Source of the DNA: Candidatus Xenobia bacterium
GTDB taxonomy: Bacteria; Vulcanimicrobiota; Xenobia; Xenobiales; QWHO01
Direction of reading: 5' to 3'
NCBI GenBank assembly: GCA_045863235.1
Contig: BTUM01000002.1
Location: 32,001 to 96,000, forward strand
DNA length: 64,000 nt
The position numbers and the translations under genes were made by a program. Below, piece after piece: positions 42,827-52,617 of this stretch; positions within the stretch are counted from its first letter, which is position 1; each line of letters begins with the position of its first letter. The notes beneath the pieces were generated by a model, which was given only the letters and a program-made list of their open reading frames with translations, searched no databases and was not told the DNA's origin.

Positions 42827-42886
42827 CAGGAACTCCCCCGGCCGGGTTGAATGTTCTTCAACTACTAAACTGGGGGTGGTCTGATC

Positions 42887-43819
42887 GTGGCCAGCAAGAA
42901 ATCTTCACCGCGCCCGGCCGTTTCCGGCTCCTGGCGGGCCGTCCGTGACGCGCGCCGTTCGAAGAGGAATCTCTGCATCTCGGGCCCGGGTCGTACCCGC
43001 ACCCCGGGCGAGCGAGAGCTCGTTCTCCAGGAGCGGCGCCTGCGCTCGCAGGAATCAGGTGAAGCCCCCGAGACCGATCTGGAGCGAGCCCAGAACCTGG
43101 TCTACGAAGCCTGGGAGCTCTCCCCTTCCGAGCGCACCCAGAAGGCTTTGCGGGCTCTGGTTCTCTCTCCCCGATGCGCGGATGCCTATTTGTTGCTGGC
43201 TGATTCCGCCCCCACTTCCCAGGAGCGTCTGCAACTCTGTCGTCAGGCCATCGTGGCCGCCCGCGCGGCCATGCGTGACTCCTATGAGGAGGGCGAGGAT
43301 CTCTGGAGCCGCCTGAGCAGCCGGCCCTATCTCCGAGCGCGGGCCGCCTGTGCCAGGGCCATGTGGGATCATGGTGAGCCCGAGGCTGCGGCCGAGGAAC
43401 TGCTCGAGCTGGTGAAGCTCAATCCGGGTGACAACCTGGGTCTTCGCTACCTGTTCCTGCCCCTGCTCATTCAGCTCGGTCGCCGCCGCGAAGCCGAAGC
43501 ATTGGCTCGGACCTGGGATGAGGAACCAAGCCCCGAGTGGGATTTCAACCGGGCTCTGCTCGGTTTCTGGCGCCGCGGCGCATCGGCGGCCGCTCTGCGC
43601 CACCTGCGTCGGGGAATGAGCCGCAATCCCCATCTAGCTGGTTACCTCCTCGGATGCAACCCCATTCCGCGGCGTCTGCCCGACGCCATTACTTTCGGTG
43701 AAGAAGACGAGGCCGTCGATTATGCTGCCAGGGCCCACGCCGCCTGGGCAGCCGTTCCGGGCGCGCTGGACTGGTTGGCCGCCTCGCTTTTCCCCGAACA
43801 AACTTCGGCGCTGGGCTGA
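42887..43819 (+). CDS. TPR-like helical hypothetical protein (ST7-like family)
   Basis: AQ.LVYEAWE, SP.CADAY.LLA, W....SRPYLRA, LNPGDNLGLRY motifs. Confidence 0.7.
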   Translation: MASKKSSPRPAVSGSWRAVRDARRSKRNLCISGPGRTRTPGERELVLQERRLRSQESGEAPETDLERAQNLVYEAWELSPSERTQKALRALVLSPRCADAYLLLADSAPTSQERLQLCRQAIVAARAAMRDSYEEGEDLWSRLSSRPYLRARAACARAMWDHGEPEAAAEELLELVKLNPGDNLGLRYLFLPLLIQLGRRREAEALARTWDEEPSPEWDFNRALLGFWRRGASAAALRHLRRGMSRNPHLAGYLLGCNPIPRRLPDAITFGEEDEAVDYAARAHAAWAAVPGALDWLAASLFPEQTSALG

Positions 43820-43923
43820 GTGTCCTCGGGGGACGCGGAGGACTCAAGAGAAAGAGCCACGAACCCCGGGAAAGCCGCCAGGCAAACGGGCGCGCCCGCG
43901 CGCCGCAAGTGAGGGAGTCGGGG

Positions 43924-45966
43924 ATGAAAACCGAAGCAGACAAGCCCGTTCAAGAGCTGAAGGCCCACTTGAAGAAGCACCCCAAGGACGCCGACGGCTA
44001 CTATGAGCTGGGAGTGGCCTACGCCCGCCAGGGCGATATGGGTCTGGCCTGCCGCCAATGGCGCAAGGTACTCGAGCTGCAACCGGCTCACTCGGCCGCC
44101 CGCTATTTTCTGGGGATGGCCTACCTCTCGCAAGGCAAGCTGCAGCAGGCCATCGCCCAGTACCGGACGGCCCTCGAGCACAACCCCAAGGACCATTACG
44201 CTTACAACAACCTGGGGTTGGTGCTGGCCCGCCAGGAGAACTGGGACGAGGCCATCCGATGCTGGCGCAAGGCTCTCGAGATCAAGCCCGACTACGGGCA
44301 AGCTCACTACAACCTGGGTCTGGTCTACTCTCGCCTCAACCGACTGGACGAGGCCATCACCGAGTATCGTCGCGCTCTCGGCATCAATCCTCAGGACGTG
44401 TACGCCCACAACAACCTGGGCCAGCTTTACGCCCGCCGCAACGAGCTTGACGCCGCCGAGCGCGAGTTCAAGAACGCCATCGAGATCGACGCCGACGATC
44501 TTTATGCCCACAACAACCTGGGCAAACTGTTCGACCGAACCGGGCGCATCGCCGACGCCCAGCGCGAGTTCGAGATTGCCCTCCAGATCGAGCCCGACGA
44601 CGCTTACGCGCGCAACAACCTGGGCCGCATCCTGGCCAAGCAGGATCGCTTCTCGGAGGCCATCCAGCAGTTCTACCGGGTGCTCGACACCAGTCCTGAG
44701 GATGCCGTGGCCTATCACAATCTGGGCCGCATTCACGCTCAGATGGGCGACTGGCAGAAGGCGGTCGAGAACTATCGGCGCGCGCTCGAGCTCAATCCCG
44801 ATGACACCTACGCTCGCAACAACCTGGGTCGAGCCCTGCTCTCCTTGAACCAGGTCGAGGAGGCCGAAAAGGAGTTCCTCTTCTCGCTCTCGCTCAATGA
44901 CCGGGACACTTACGCCCTCAACAATCTGGGCCTCTGCCTGCTGCGCCAGGGCCGGACCGAGGAGGCGGTGGAAGTGCTCACGCGGGCTCTGGAGTGCGAC
45001 CCGGACGATCTGCTGGCTCACAACAACCTGGGCTTCAGCCTCTCGTCGCAGGGCCGCTACGAGGAAGCCATCACCGAGTTCCACCGCGCCCTCAAGATCG
45101 ACGGCCGCGATACCTATGCCCTGACCAACCTGGGTCTGGCCTACGCCCGTCTGGGCAAGCTGGACGAAGCGATCAAGAGCTATCGCCGGGCTCTCGAGGT
45201 CGATCCGCGCGACATTTACGCCTACAACAACCTCGGTCTTGCCTTCCTGTCCAAGGAGAGCTGGGACGAGGCCCTCAAAGCCTTCTCGGACGCGCTGGCC
45301 ATCGATCCCGGCGACCCTTACACCTTCAACAACCGGGGCCTGGCCTACACCTCCATGAACCGGCTCGACGAAGCCGCCTCCGACTTTATCAAAGCGCTCC
45401 AACTCGATCCCAGCGACATTTACGCCCACAACAACCTGGGCATCGTCTACGCCCGTCAGAGCAAACTGGAGGAAGCCATCAGCAAGTGGCGTGAGGCCGT
45501 CCGCCTGAATCCGCGCTACGCCGAGGCCCACTTCAATCTCGGTCTGGCCTATTTTGAGCGCGAGCAGTTCCGCGAAGCGGTCATCGAGTTCGAGGAAGCG
45601 CTCGGGATGGATCCTGGCCTGGTTCCGGCCCGCGGCAACCTGGCTCTGGCCTATGCGCGTCTGGGCGACGAGAAGATGGCCCGGGTGCAGTTCCGCGTCA
45701 CCTCCGAAGCAGCCGCCGGACAGGGGCAGGAGGCCTACCTCAAGCAGCTCTCGAGCGACCTGGAGGAGGCCCTGTCTGGCAAGGCCACCCGTAAAGCGGC
45801 CGCCAAGACGAAGGCAGCTCCGGTCAAGCCCGCCAAAGCTCCTGCCGCCAAGAAGGAGAAGGCGCCTCCCAAGGTGGCCCCCAAAGCCAAAGCCGCTCCC
45901 AAGAGCAAGGCCGCTCCCAAGACCAGCCCGCCCAGCAAGCGCTCCTCCTCCCGGAAAAAGAGCTAA
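43924..45966 (+). CDS. Long TPR-repeat protein with Lys/Ala/Pro-rich (histone H1-like) tail
   Basis: About 17 tandem 34-aa repeats (YA.NNLG..Y...G...EA...Y..ALE..P); tail KAAAKTKAAP... Confidence 0.9.
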   Translation: MKTEADKPVQELKAHLKKHPKDADGYYELGVAYARQGDMGLACRQWRKVLELQPAHSAARYFLGMAYLSQGKLQQAIAQYRTALEHNPKDHYAYNNLGLVLARQENWDEAIRCWRKALEIKPDYGQAHYNLGLVYSRLNRLDEAITEYRRALGINPQDVYAHNNLGQLYARRNELDAAEREFKNAIEIDADDLYAHNNLGKLFDRTGRIADAQREFEIALQIEPDDAYARNNLGRILAKQDRFSEAIQQFYRVLDTSPEDAVAYHNLGRIHAQMGDWQKAVENYRRALELNPDDTYARNNLGRALLSLNQVEEAEKEFLFSLSLNDRDTYALNNLGLCLLRQGRTEEAVEVLTRALECDPDDLLAHNNLGFSLSSQGRYEEAITEFHRALKIDGRDTYALTNLGLAYARLGKLDEAIKSYRRALEVDPRDIYAYNNLGLAFLSKESWDEALKAFSDALAIDPGDPYTFNNRGLAYTSMNRLDEAASDFIKALQLDPSDIYAHNNLGIVYARQSKLEEAISKWREAVRLNPRYAEAHFNLGLAYFEREQFREAVIEFEEALGMDPGLVPARGNLALAYARLGDEKMARVQFRVTSEAAAGQGQEAYLKQLSSDLEEALSGKATRKAAAKTKAAPVKPAKAPAAKKEKAPPKVAPKAKAAPKSKAAPKTSPPSKRSSSRKKS

Positions 45967-46022
45967 ACCGCAAACCACGACAACGCTCGGTTGTCCTCAT
46001 CGGCAGACTGTTGATCCAAAGC

Positions 46023-47906
46023 TCAAACGTCCAGCTCGACGGCCTCGCGCGAGCTCTCCATCACCAGCCGGTAGCGGGGAGCGGGATCCTTGCCAAAGCA
46101 GTCGCGCAGCGTGCGGTCAGCCTCGGCCTCGTCCGGCACCACCACCCGGAACAGCGTACGGGTGGCCGGCGCCAGGGTCGTTTCACGCAGCTGCCCCGGG
46201 CTCATTTCGCCCAGGCCTTTGAAGCGGGTGACCTGGCTCGGCTTCTTGCGATGTGCGGCCAGGATGGCCTCTCGCTGGGGATCGTCCCAGGCCCAGTGGA
46301 TCTGAGAGCCGTAGGCCACCCGGTAGAGCGGCGGGCGACCCAGGTAGACGTGTCCGAGCCGGATCAGCTCGGGCAGGTGGCGATAGAAGAACGTCAGCAG
46401 CAGCCCGGCGATGTGATGCCCGTCCGAGTCGGCGTCGGTCAGGATGACCACCCGATGATAGCGCAGACGGTTGGCTTCAAATCGCTGGCCAATACCGCAG
46501 CCCAGAGCGCTGACCAGATCGGCGATCTCGCGGTTGCCCCCCAGCCGGGTCAGGGCTGCTTGCTCGGTGTTCAGGATCTTGCCTCGCAGAGGCAGGACAG
46601 CCTGAAACTTGCGATCACGAGCTTGCTTGGCCGAACCGCCGGCCGAGTCGCCCTCGACCACGAACAGCTCGCGCTCTCCAGGGCGAGTGGAGGAGCAGTC
46701 GGCCAGCTTACCTGGCAGTTGCAGGCGGGGGGCCGAGATGGCTCGGCGATCGGCCAGGTCGGCGGCGGCCCGGGCCTCTGAGCGAGCCCGAGCGGCCTGG
46801 ATAAGACGCTCGGCCAGCTGGGCCGAGGTGGTCGAGCGGTCATTGAGCTGCTGCTCCAGGGCGATGGCCAGGGACTGGGTCAGGGGGCCGGTGATCTCGG
46901 GATTGTTGAGTCGTTCCTTGGTCTGGCCCTTGAACTGGGGGTTACTCAAAAACACCGAGAAGACGGCCCGCATTCCATCGCGCAGGTCCTCGGCGCTGAG
47001 CTTGAGGTCGCGTGGCCACAGCTTGTGCGTTTCCAGGTAGCTCTTCACGGCCCTGGAAACCGCGTTGCGCAGGGCGTTCTCGTGAGTGCCGCCTTCGGGG
47101 GTGGCGATACCGTTGGCGTGGCTGAAAACCTTCTCGCCTGCCCCGGTCGTCCAGACCAGAGCCAGCTCGGCCCGAGGCTCACCCTCGCTGCGCCACTCGA
47201 AGACCGGTCCGAACGGGGTCTCCTGACCCAGGAGATCGGTCAGGTACTCCCCCAGCCCGTGCCCGGGGCGGAAGGTCTCGGTCTCGCCCCGATAGGTCAG
47301 GGTGGTGGTCAGGCGATGCAAGAAAGCGGTCGCCCGCAGACGGCTGCGGATGCGCCCCGGGTCGAAGGTCGTGTCGGGAAAGATGCTGGGGTCGGGTTTG
47401 AAGTAGAGGCTGGAGCCGCTCTGACGCGCACCGCTGACCCTCTGCATGGGGCCCAGAGGCTCGCCCCGACGAAAGCTCTGGCGCACCTTCTGGCCGTCGC
47501 GGCAGACGGTTGCCTCGAGCACTTCAGCCAGGGCGTTGACCACGCTGGAGCCCACCCCGTGCAATCCGCCCGAGTAGCCGTAGGGTGAGCCTCCGAACTT
47601 GGCTCCGGCGTGCAGGGTGGTGAGGATCAGCTCCAGGGCTGGTCGCCCGTGCTCAGGATGCAGGTCGATGGGAATGCCCCGCCCGTCGTCTGAGACCCGC
47701 ACTCCCTGGCGGTCCTCGTCGAGCACCACGTCAATGCGGGTGGCGTAGCCGTTCATGGCTTCGTCCACGGCGTTGTCCACCAGCTCCCAGACCAGGTGAT
47801 GCAGGCCCTGAGCGTCCACACCACCGATGTAGAGGGCCGGGCGCTGGCGCACCGGCTCCAGGCCAGTCAGCACGGTGATGTCACGGGCGGTATAGGTCTT
47901 ACTCAT
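46023..47906 (-). CDS. parE: Type IIA topoisomerase subunit B (topo IV ParE-like)
   Basis: GLEPVR.RP.LYIG, ELVDNAVDE, DDGRGIP, GGLHGVG, EGDSAGG, PLRGK, DADSDG, RFKGLGEM. Confidence 0.85.
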   Translation of the reverse strand: MSKTYTARDITVLTGLEPVRQRPALYIGGVDAQGLHHLVWELVDNAVDEAMNGYATRIDVVLDEDRQGVRVSDDGRGIPIDLHPEHGRPALELILTTLHAGAKFGGSPYGYSGGLHGVGSSVVNALAEVLEATVCRDGQKVRQSFRRGEPLGPMQRVSGARQSGSSLYFKPDPSIFPDTTFDPGRIRSRLRATAFLHRLTTTLTYRGETETFRPGHGLGEYLTDLLGQETPFGPVFEWRSEGEPRAELALVWTTGAGEKVFSHANGIATPEGGTHENALRNAVSRAVKSYLETHKLWPRDLKLSAEDLRDGMRAVFSVFLSNPQFKGQTKERLNNPEITGPLTQSLAIALEQQLNDRSTTSAQLAERLIQAARARSEARAAADLADRRAISAPRLQLPGKLADCSSTRPGERELFVVEGDSAGGSAKQARDRKFQAVLPLRGKILNTEQAALTRLGGNREIADLVSALGCGIGQRFEANRLRYHRVVILTDADSDGHHIAGLLLTFFYRHLPELIRLGHVYLGRPPLYRVAYGSQIHWAWDDPQREAILAAHRKKPSQVTRFKGLGEMSPGQLRETTLAPATRTLFRVVVPDEAEADRTLRDCFGKDPAPRYRLVMESSREAVELDV

Positions 47907-50067
47907 CCGGGCTCAGCTCCAATCGACCCCGGGCCAGCACCGGCACGCCTTCCTGGCCCAAGGCCAGCTCGGGCAGCTTGCGGGCCGACAGCCTCAAGGT
48001 GCGGGTGGCTCCCACCCGCCGAACGCTCAAGCTTCCCAGCCCAAATCCGATCAGGAGGTCACCCTGGCTCAAAGCCATCAGCATCACGCCTCGCCCGGTC
48101 TTGCGGGGTAACGCGCTGACCGGAGCGCTCCAGGCCCGGCCAAGATGGGAAGCCAGGATCAGCCGCTCCTTGCCCTGCAGCACCTGCACACCCAGGATGC
48201 TCGCCTGGGCACGGGCAAAGCGTCGTCCCGAGCGGGCGGCGCCGGGAGAACGAAAGAGGTCGAGCGAGAAGACCGCCCCGGTGCCGTCCGAAGCCACGTA
48301 GACGGCTTCCGAGCGCTTCTCGGCCGAGCTGAATGCGGCCACCAGCCGCTCATCGTCGGAGAGCACGGCCAGCTTCTGGATGGGCCGCGGCTCACCGGGC
48401 AAGTCGTCCACTTTGAGCGTGAAGGCGCTGCCCAGCGAGGTAAACAGCATGAGGGCCTGTCCCGAGGTCAGCTCGAGCTGGTGCGTCCAGCTGTCTTGAG
48501 GGCGCTCTGGCAGGCGATCCTCGCGCCCCCGTCGGCAGACCCAGCCGGCCGCACTGACGCCCACGAGGTAGCGCTGGGTCTCGTTGGAGCGCTTCTCTGG
48601 CAATCGGATGCGGGTGCGGCGCGGGTCGGAGAAACGGCGCTTGAGGTCGGTCAGCTCCTGGGCGATCAGACCTAGCATGGCGCCCGGGCTGGCCAGCAAG
48701 GCGCGCACCTCGCGCCTCCGGCGGGTCTTCTCGTCGTGGTCGCGGCGCGTCAGCTCGACGTCCTTTTTGCCCAGCCGGTAGAGCCGCAGCTCGAGCACGG
48801 CCTGGACCTGGACCTCATCGAGCTCGAAGCGCTCGCGCAGCTGTCGGGCCGCTTCCTCGCGCCCCTCGGCCCGGCGGATGATGGTGACCGCCTGATCCAG
48901 TGCCCGAAAAACCCGCATGAAACCCTCCAGCAGGTGGAGACGCTCGCCGAGCTGGCGGTCCTCATGCTCGAGGCGCCGGCGCACCACCTGACGACGAAAG
49001 TCCAGAAAGGCCTCCAGCAGGGCCTTCAAGCCCAGGCGCGCTGGCAACCCCTCGGGTGTGAGGCAGGTGAAGTTGGCGTGAAATGTCGTCTGGAGCGAGG
49101 TCTTGTCGTAGAGCTGCTGCAGCACGCGCCGGGCGGGAGCCTCGCTGTGCAGCTCGAGCACGACCCGGACGTCCTCGGCCGACTCGTCACGCACGTTGAC
49201 CAGCCCGGGAATCGCTCCCTCCTGAATGCGGGCGGCGATCTCCTCGACCAGCCTGGAACGGGCCAACATGTAGGGGATGCTGGTGATGATCAGCCGCTGC
49301 CAGCGCCCGGTCGCCTCCTCCGGCACCACCTCGCCCCGCAGGACCAGGCTCCCCTGCCCTTCCTCGTAGAGCTGCTCGAGGGCGGACGGGATGATGTGCA
49401 GCTCACCGCCGGTGGGAAAGTCGGGACCCTTGACCCAGGCCAGCAGGTCGCGAGTGCTGCGGCCAGGATCCTTGATCAGGGCCAGGCAAGCGTCCACGAC
49501 CTCGCGGAGGTTGTGGGGGGGGAGGTTCGTGGCGACCCCCACCGCAATGCCGGCGCATCCGTTGACCAGCAGCTGAGGAAAACGGGCCGGCAGCACGACC
49601 GGCTCGGTGGTGCTGTCGTCGAAGTTGGGACGAAAGTCGACCGTGTCTTGCTCGAGCTCGGTGATGAACTCGAGGGCCAGGGGGCGAAGACGGGCCTCGG
49701 TGTAGCGATAGGCAGCCGGGGCATCACCGTCCAGGGAGCCGAAGTTGCCCTGGCCGTCTACCAGCGGACAGCGCAACACCCAGTCTTGGGCCAGCCGAAC
49801 CAGCGCCTCGTAGACAGCCGTGTCGCCGTGGGGGTGATAGCTGCCCAGCACCCCGCCCACCACTTTGGCGCACTTGATGGGCGGACGGTCGGGCCACAGC
49901 TTGAGGTCGTGGGCCATGGTGTAGAGGATCCGCCGTTGAACCGGCTTCAATCCGTCGCGCACGTCGGGCAGGGCCCGGGAAGTGATGACCGAGACCGCAT
50001 AGTTGAGAAAACGCGCTCGGGCCGCTTCATGGAGGGGGATGTCGAGGATCGTGCCGGCGTCTGCCAC
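47899..50067 (-). CDS. parC: Type IIA topoisomerase subunit A (topo IV ParC-like, short CTD)
   Basis: RALPDVRDGLKPVQRR, YHPHGD, GNFGS.DG..AAYRYTE (catalytic Tyr), GPDFPTGG; no GyrA box seen; start uncertain (ORF extends to 50136). Confidence 0.85.
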   Translation of the reverse strand: MADAGTILDIPLHEAARARFLNYAVSVITSRALPDVRDGLKPVQRRILYTMAHDLKLWPDRPPIKCAKVVGGVLGSYHPHGDTAVYEALVRLAQDWVLRCPLVDGQGNFGSLDGDAPAAYRYTEARLRPLALEFITELEQDTVDFRPNFDDSTTEPVVLPARFPQLLVNGCAGIAVGVATNLPPHNLREVVDACLALIKDPGRSTRDLLAWVKGPDFPTGGELHIIPSALEQLYEEGQGSLVLRGEVVPEEATGRWQRLIITSIPYMLARSRLVEEIAARIQEGAIPGLVNVRDESAEDVRVVLELHSEAPARRVLQQLYDKTSLQTTFHANFTCLTPEGLPARLGLKALLEAFLDFRRQVVRRRLEHEDRQLGERLHLLEGFMRVFRALDQAVTIIRRAEGREEAARQLRERFELDEVQVQAVLELRLYRLGKKDVELTRRDHDEKTRRRREVRALLASPGAMLGLIAQELTDLKRRFSDPRRTRIRLPEKRSNETQRYLVGVSAAGWVCRRGREDRLPERPQDSWTHQLELTSGQALMLFTSLGSAFTLKVDDLPGEPRPIQKLAVLSDDERLVAAFSSAEKRSEAVYVASDGTGAVFSLDLFRSPGAARSGRRFARAQASILGVQVLQGKERLILASHLGRAWSAPVSALPRKTGRGVMLMALSQGDLLIGFGLGSLSVRRVGATRTLRLSARKLPELALGQEGVPVLARGRLELSPDE

Positions 50068-50299
50068 GAGAGCAGGTTCGATAGCCTGGACCCGCTTCCT
50101 GTCTAGGATCCTGAGCTTTCTGAAGAATTTTCTCAAATCAGAACGAGAGTTCGTCGAACTTATGCTCTAGAATTCCAGCTTTCACAGGCTGTCCAACCGA
50201 ATCGATAGTTCATTCTTCCGGGGCTCAACAGACTGTACTCTATCAAGCACGTTGAATGTGAGACTGTTTTGAAACTTGAATTACCCTTAGACTGTGACT

Positions 50300-51217
50300 A
50301 TGCGACGCGAGCCTGTGACCTGGGGAATCGTGCTGGCCCTGCTGAGCCTCTACTTCATCTGGGGCTCGACCTACATGGCGATCCGCTACACGCTGGAGAG
50401 CCTGCCTCCGCTGCTGACGGCGGGCTTCCGATTTCTGGGAGCCGGATTGACGCTCTACGTCGCCCTCCGGATTGCCGGCCATCCTCATCCCGAGGGGCGC
50501 CGCTGGCTCGGCGCCGCGGTCGTGGGCACCTTGTTGCTCTTTGGAGGCAATGGCCTGGTGATGCTGGCCGAGCGTCACGTTCACTCGGGGCTGGTGGCCG
50601 TTCTGCTCGCCTCGGTGGCTCTCTGGACGGCTCTCTTCTCGGGGCTTTTCGGACTGTGGCCCTCCAGGCGCGAGTCCATCGGAATCGCCATCGGCCTCGT
50701 GGGCGTGGTGCTCTTGAACCTGGAGGGCAATCTCCAGGCTCACCCGCTGGGAGCCTTGATGGTGCTGGGCTCAGCCCTCTCCTGGGCGCTGGGCTCGGTG
50801 CTCAGCACCCGCCTGCCCATGCCCGGGGGTCTGATGGCTGCGGCTGCCCAGATGTTGTGCGGCGGGGCGCTGTTGACTCTGGTGGGCAGCCTGCTCGGAG
50901 AGACCTGGCCAGCTCACCCCACGGCCCTCTCCCTGTGGGCCTTCGCCTACATGCTGGTGTTCGGATCGCTGGTGGGCTTCACGGCCTACAACTACCTGCT
51001 TCAGCGGGTCAGCACCAGCCTGGCGACCAGCTACGCTTACGTCAATCCGGTCGTGGCCGTGCTGCTCGGCGTCTGGCTCGGGGGCGAGAGCATCAGCAGC
51101 TACGGGATCGCCGCCCTGGTCATCATTTTGCTGGCAGTGGCCCTGGTGGCTTCGGCTCGAACCCCGCTCCCAGCGCGCTCGAGGGACGAGTTTCCTGAGC
51201 TGGCCGAGGTCGCCTGA
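50300..51217 (+). CDS. EamA/DMT drug-metabolite exporter (YedA-like)
   Basis: LYFIWGSTY.AIR, about ten TM helices, SYAYVNPVVA..LG. Confidence 0.9.
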   Translation: MRREPVTWGIVLALLSLYFIWGSTYMAIRYTLESLPPLLTAGFRFLGAGLTLYVALRIAGHPHPEGRRWLGAAVVGTLLLFGGNGLVMLAERHVHSGLVAVLLASVALWTALFSGLFGLWPSRRESIGIAIGLVGVVLLNLEGNLQAHPLGALMVLGSALSWALGSVLSTRLPMPGGLMAAAAQMLCGGALLTLVGSLLGETWPAHPTALSLWAFAYMLVFGSLVGFTAYNYLLQRVSTSLATSYAYVNPVVAVLLGVWLGGESISSYGIAALVIILLAVALVASARTPLPARSRDEFPELAEVA

Positions 51218-51221
51218 TCGG

Positions 51222-51725
51222 TCAATCGAGCCCGAAAATCCGAGCCACGAACGAACCCATCCAGGCTTTGAAGCCTCGTTCCGGCTTATGCCTGGCGGCA
51301 ATCTCGCGAAGCTTCTCCTTCAGCCTGGCGCTGGCCACCGGATCAAGCTCCATGTCCTGGCTCTTGGCGAAGTAGTCCACGATGGCCGAAAGCTCGCCGT
51401 CATCGAGCCAGATGCCATGCTCGGGACAACGATCGAGCCAGATCTCGCTGATCATCAAATAGCGATAACGGTCCATGATCTTGGAGCAGACCGGACAGGC
51501 GGCCGGAGCCTCCAGCGAGGAGGGAGGCAGCTTGTCCTGGACCAGAATGGGGGCCAGTTCGGAGCCCTCGAGGGCCTTGATCGGGTCCTCCAGTCGCATG
51601 ACCTGCCCCAACTCGTCGTCTTCGTCCTCCCACCACGAGCCTTCGCAGGTGGGGCACATATCCACCCGAAGATCCCCGAAGGACTGCTCTTTCAGCTCGA
51701 TCTGGCAGCGCGGACAGGTTTTCAT
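51222..51725 (-). CDS. Tandem zf-TFIIB-like zinc-ribbon protein
   Basis: CPRC...D.CPTCEG.W and CPVC...DRCPEHGIWLDDGEL. Confidence 0.8.
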   Translation of the reverse strand: MKTCPRCQIELKEQSFGDLRVDMCPTCEGSWWEDEDDELGQVMRLEDPIKALEGSELAPILVQDKLPPSSLEAPAACPVCSKIMDRYRYLMISEIWLDRCPEHGIWLDDGELSAIVDYFAKSQDMELDPVASARLKEKLREIAARHKPERGFKAWMGSFVARIFGLD

Positions 51726-51825
51726 CCCGGCGCCTTCCACCTCGACCTCGTCCTCGCCTTCGAAGGCCTGCCACCGATTTATCGAGAATCATGCCGGGCA
51801 CTCTTGAAGGGGGGCACGTCGTCGA

Positions 51826-52566
51826 ATGGATGCTACCACCACTCATTGCCCGGCCTGCGGCCAGGGAATCCAACCTGACAATCGGCTTTTTTGTCCAAGT
51901 TGCGGGCAGGCTCAGCACCGCACCTGTCTCGAGCAGCGCCATGCCTGTGCCGCTTGTAGCTTTACCTTCATGCCGCCGACGGGCGGCCCGAGTCTCCCCG
52001 CCGCGCCGGTCGGAGCACCCGGTCCGGTGATCTCGCCCGGACCTGCTCCGATGGGGGTGCATCGCCCCTGCAAGCAGTGCAACCATCCCTTCCCTCAGGG
52101 TGCGGTGCGCTGTCCGCACTGCGGCTTTGTGCCCAAGAGCAGCAGCTCGCCAGTGATCATTTTCGCGCTGGTGGGGTGCCTGTGCATGTTCACGATCATT
52201 CCGATCCTGGCTGCCATTCTCGTGCCGAACTTCATTCGGGCCAGGGCCCAGGGACAGCTGACCGCCTGCAAGTCCAACGAGAAGAACATCGGTACGGCTC
52301 TGGAGATGTGGTCCACCGATAACTCAGGTCACTACCCCGACTCGCTCAGCGCCCTCACCCCCAACTATCTGCGAATGATCCCCAACTGCCCGGCGGCCGA
52401 GACCGACACCTACTCGGCCAGCTACGAGCACGAGCCGCCCAAGGACGACAACGGGTACGGAAGCTACTCGTTTTGCTGCAAAGGCGAAAACCACAGGGCC
52501 GCTCGAGTTGCTGAGGACAATCCCAGCTACAATTCGATGGAAGGCCTGCAGGTCGACATGCGCTGA
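51826..52566 (+). CDS. Zinc-finger(s) + TM + GspG/pseudopilin-like domain protein
   Basis: Multiple CxxC (RING-like and zinc ribbon); ILAAILVPNFIRAR..GQLTACKSN.KNIGTALEM. Confidence 0.75.
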   Translation: MDATTTHCPACGQGIQPDNRLFCPSCGQAQHRTCLEQRHACAACSFTFMPPTGGPSLPAAPVGAPGPVISPGPAPMGVHRPCKQCNHPFPQGAVRCPHCGFVPKSSSSPVIIFALVGCLCMFTIIPILAAILVPNFIRARAQGQLTACKSNEKNIGTALEMWSTDNSGHYPDSLSALTPNYLRMIPNCPAAETDTYSASYEHEPPKDDNGYGSYSFCCKGENHRAARVAEDNPSYNSMEGLQVDMR

Positions 52567-52617
52567 CACCGCCCCGGCGACCTGTGAGTCCACAGGTGCC
52601 GAGGCGGTCTGTTCAGC

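Noticed and set aside
44000..45660. Periodic AACAACCTGGG repeats as a possible CRISPR array
   Set aside because: 102-nt periodicity of TPR codons (NNLG); no cas genes
43720..45978. 752-aa minus-strand ORF
   Set aside because: Antisense shadow of the TPR gene; expected in high-GC DNA, no motifs
50105..50140. TTTGAGA/CTTCAGA upstream of parC as another TTTCAG motif
   Set aside because: Spacing is 12 rather than 11 and no matching -10 position
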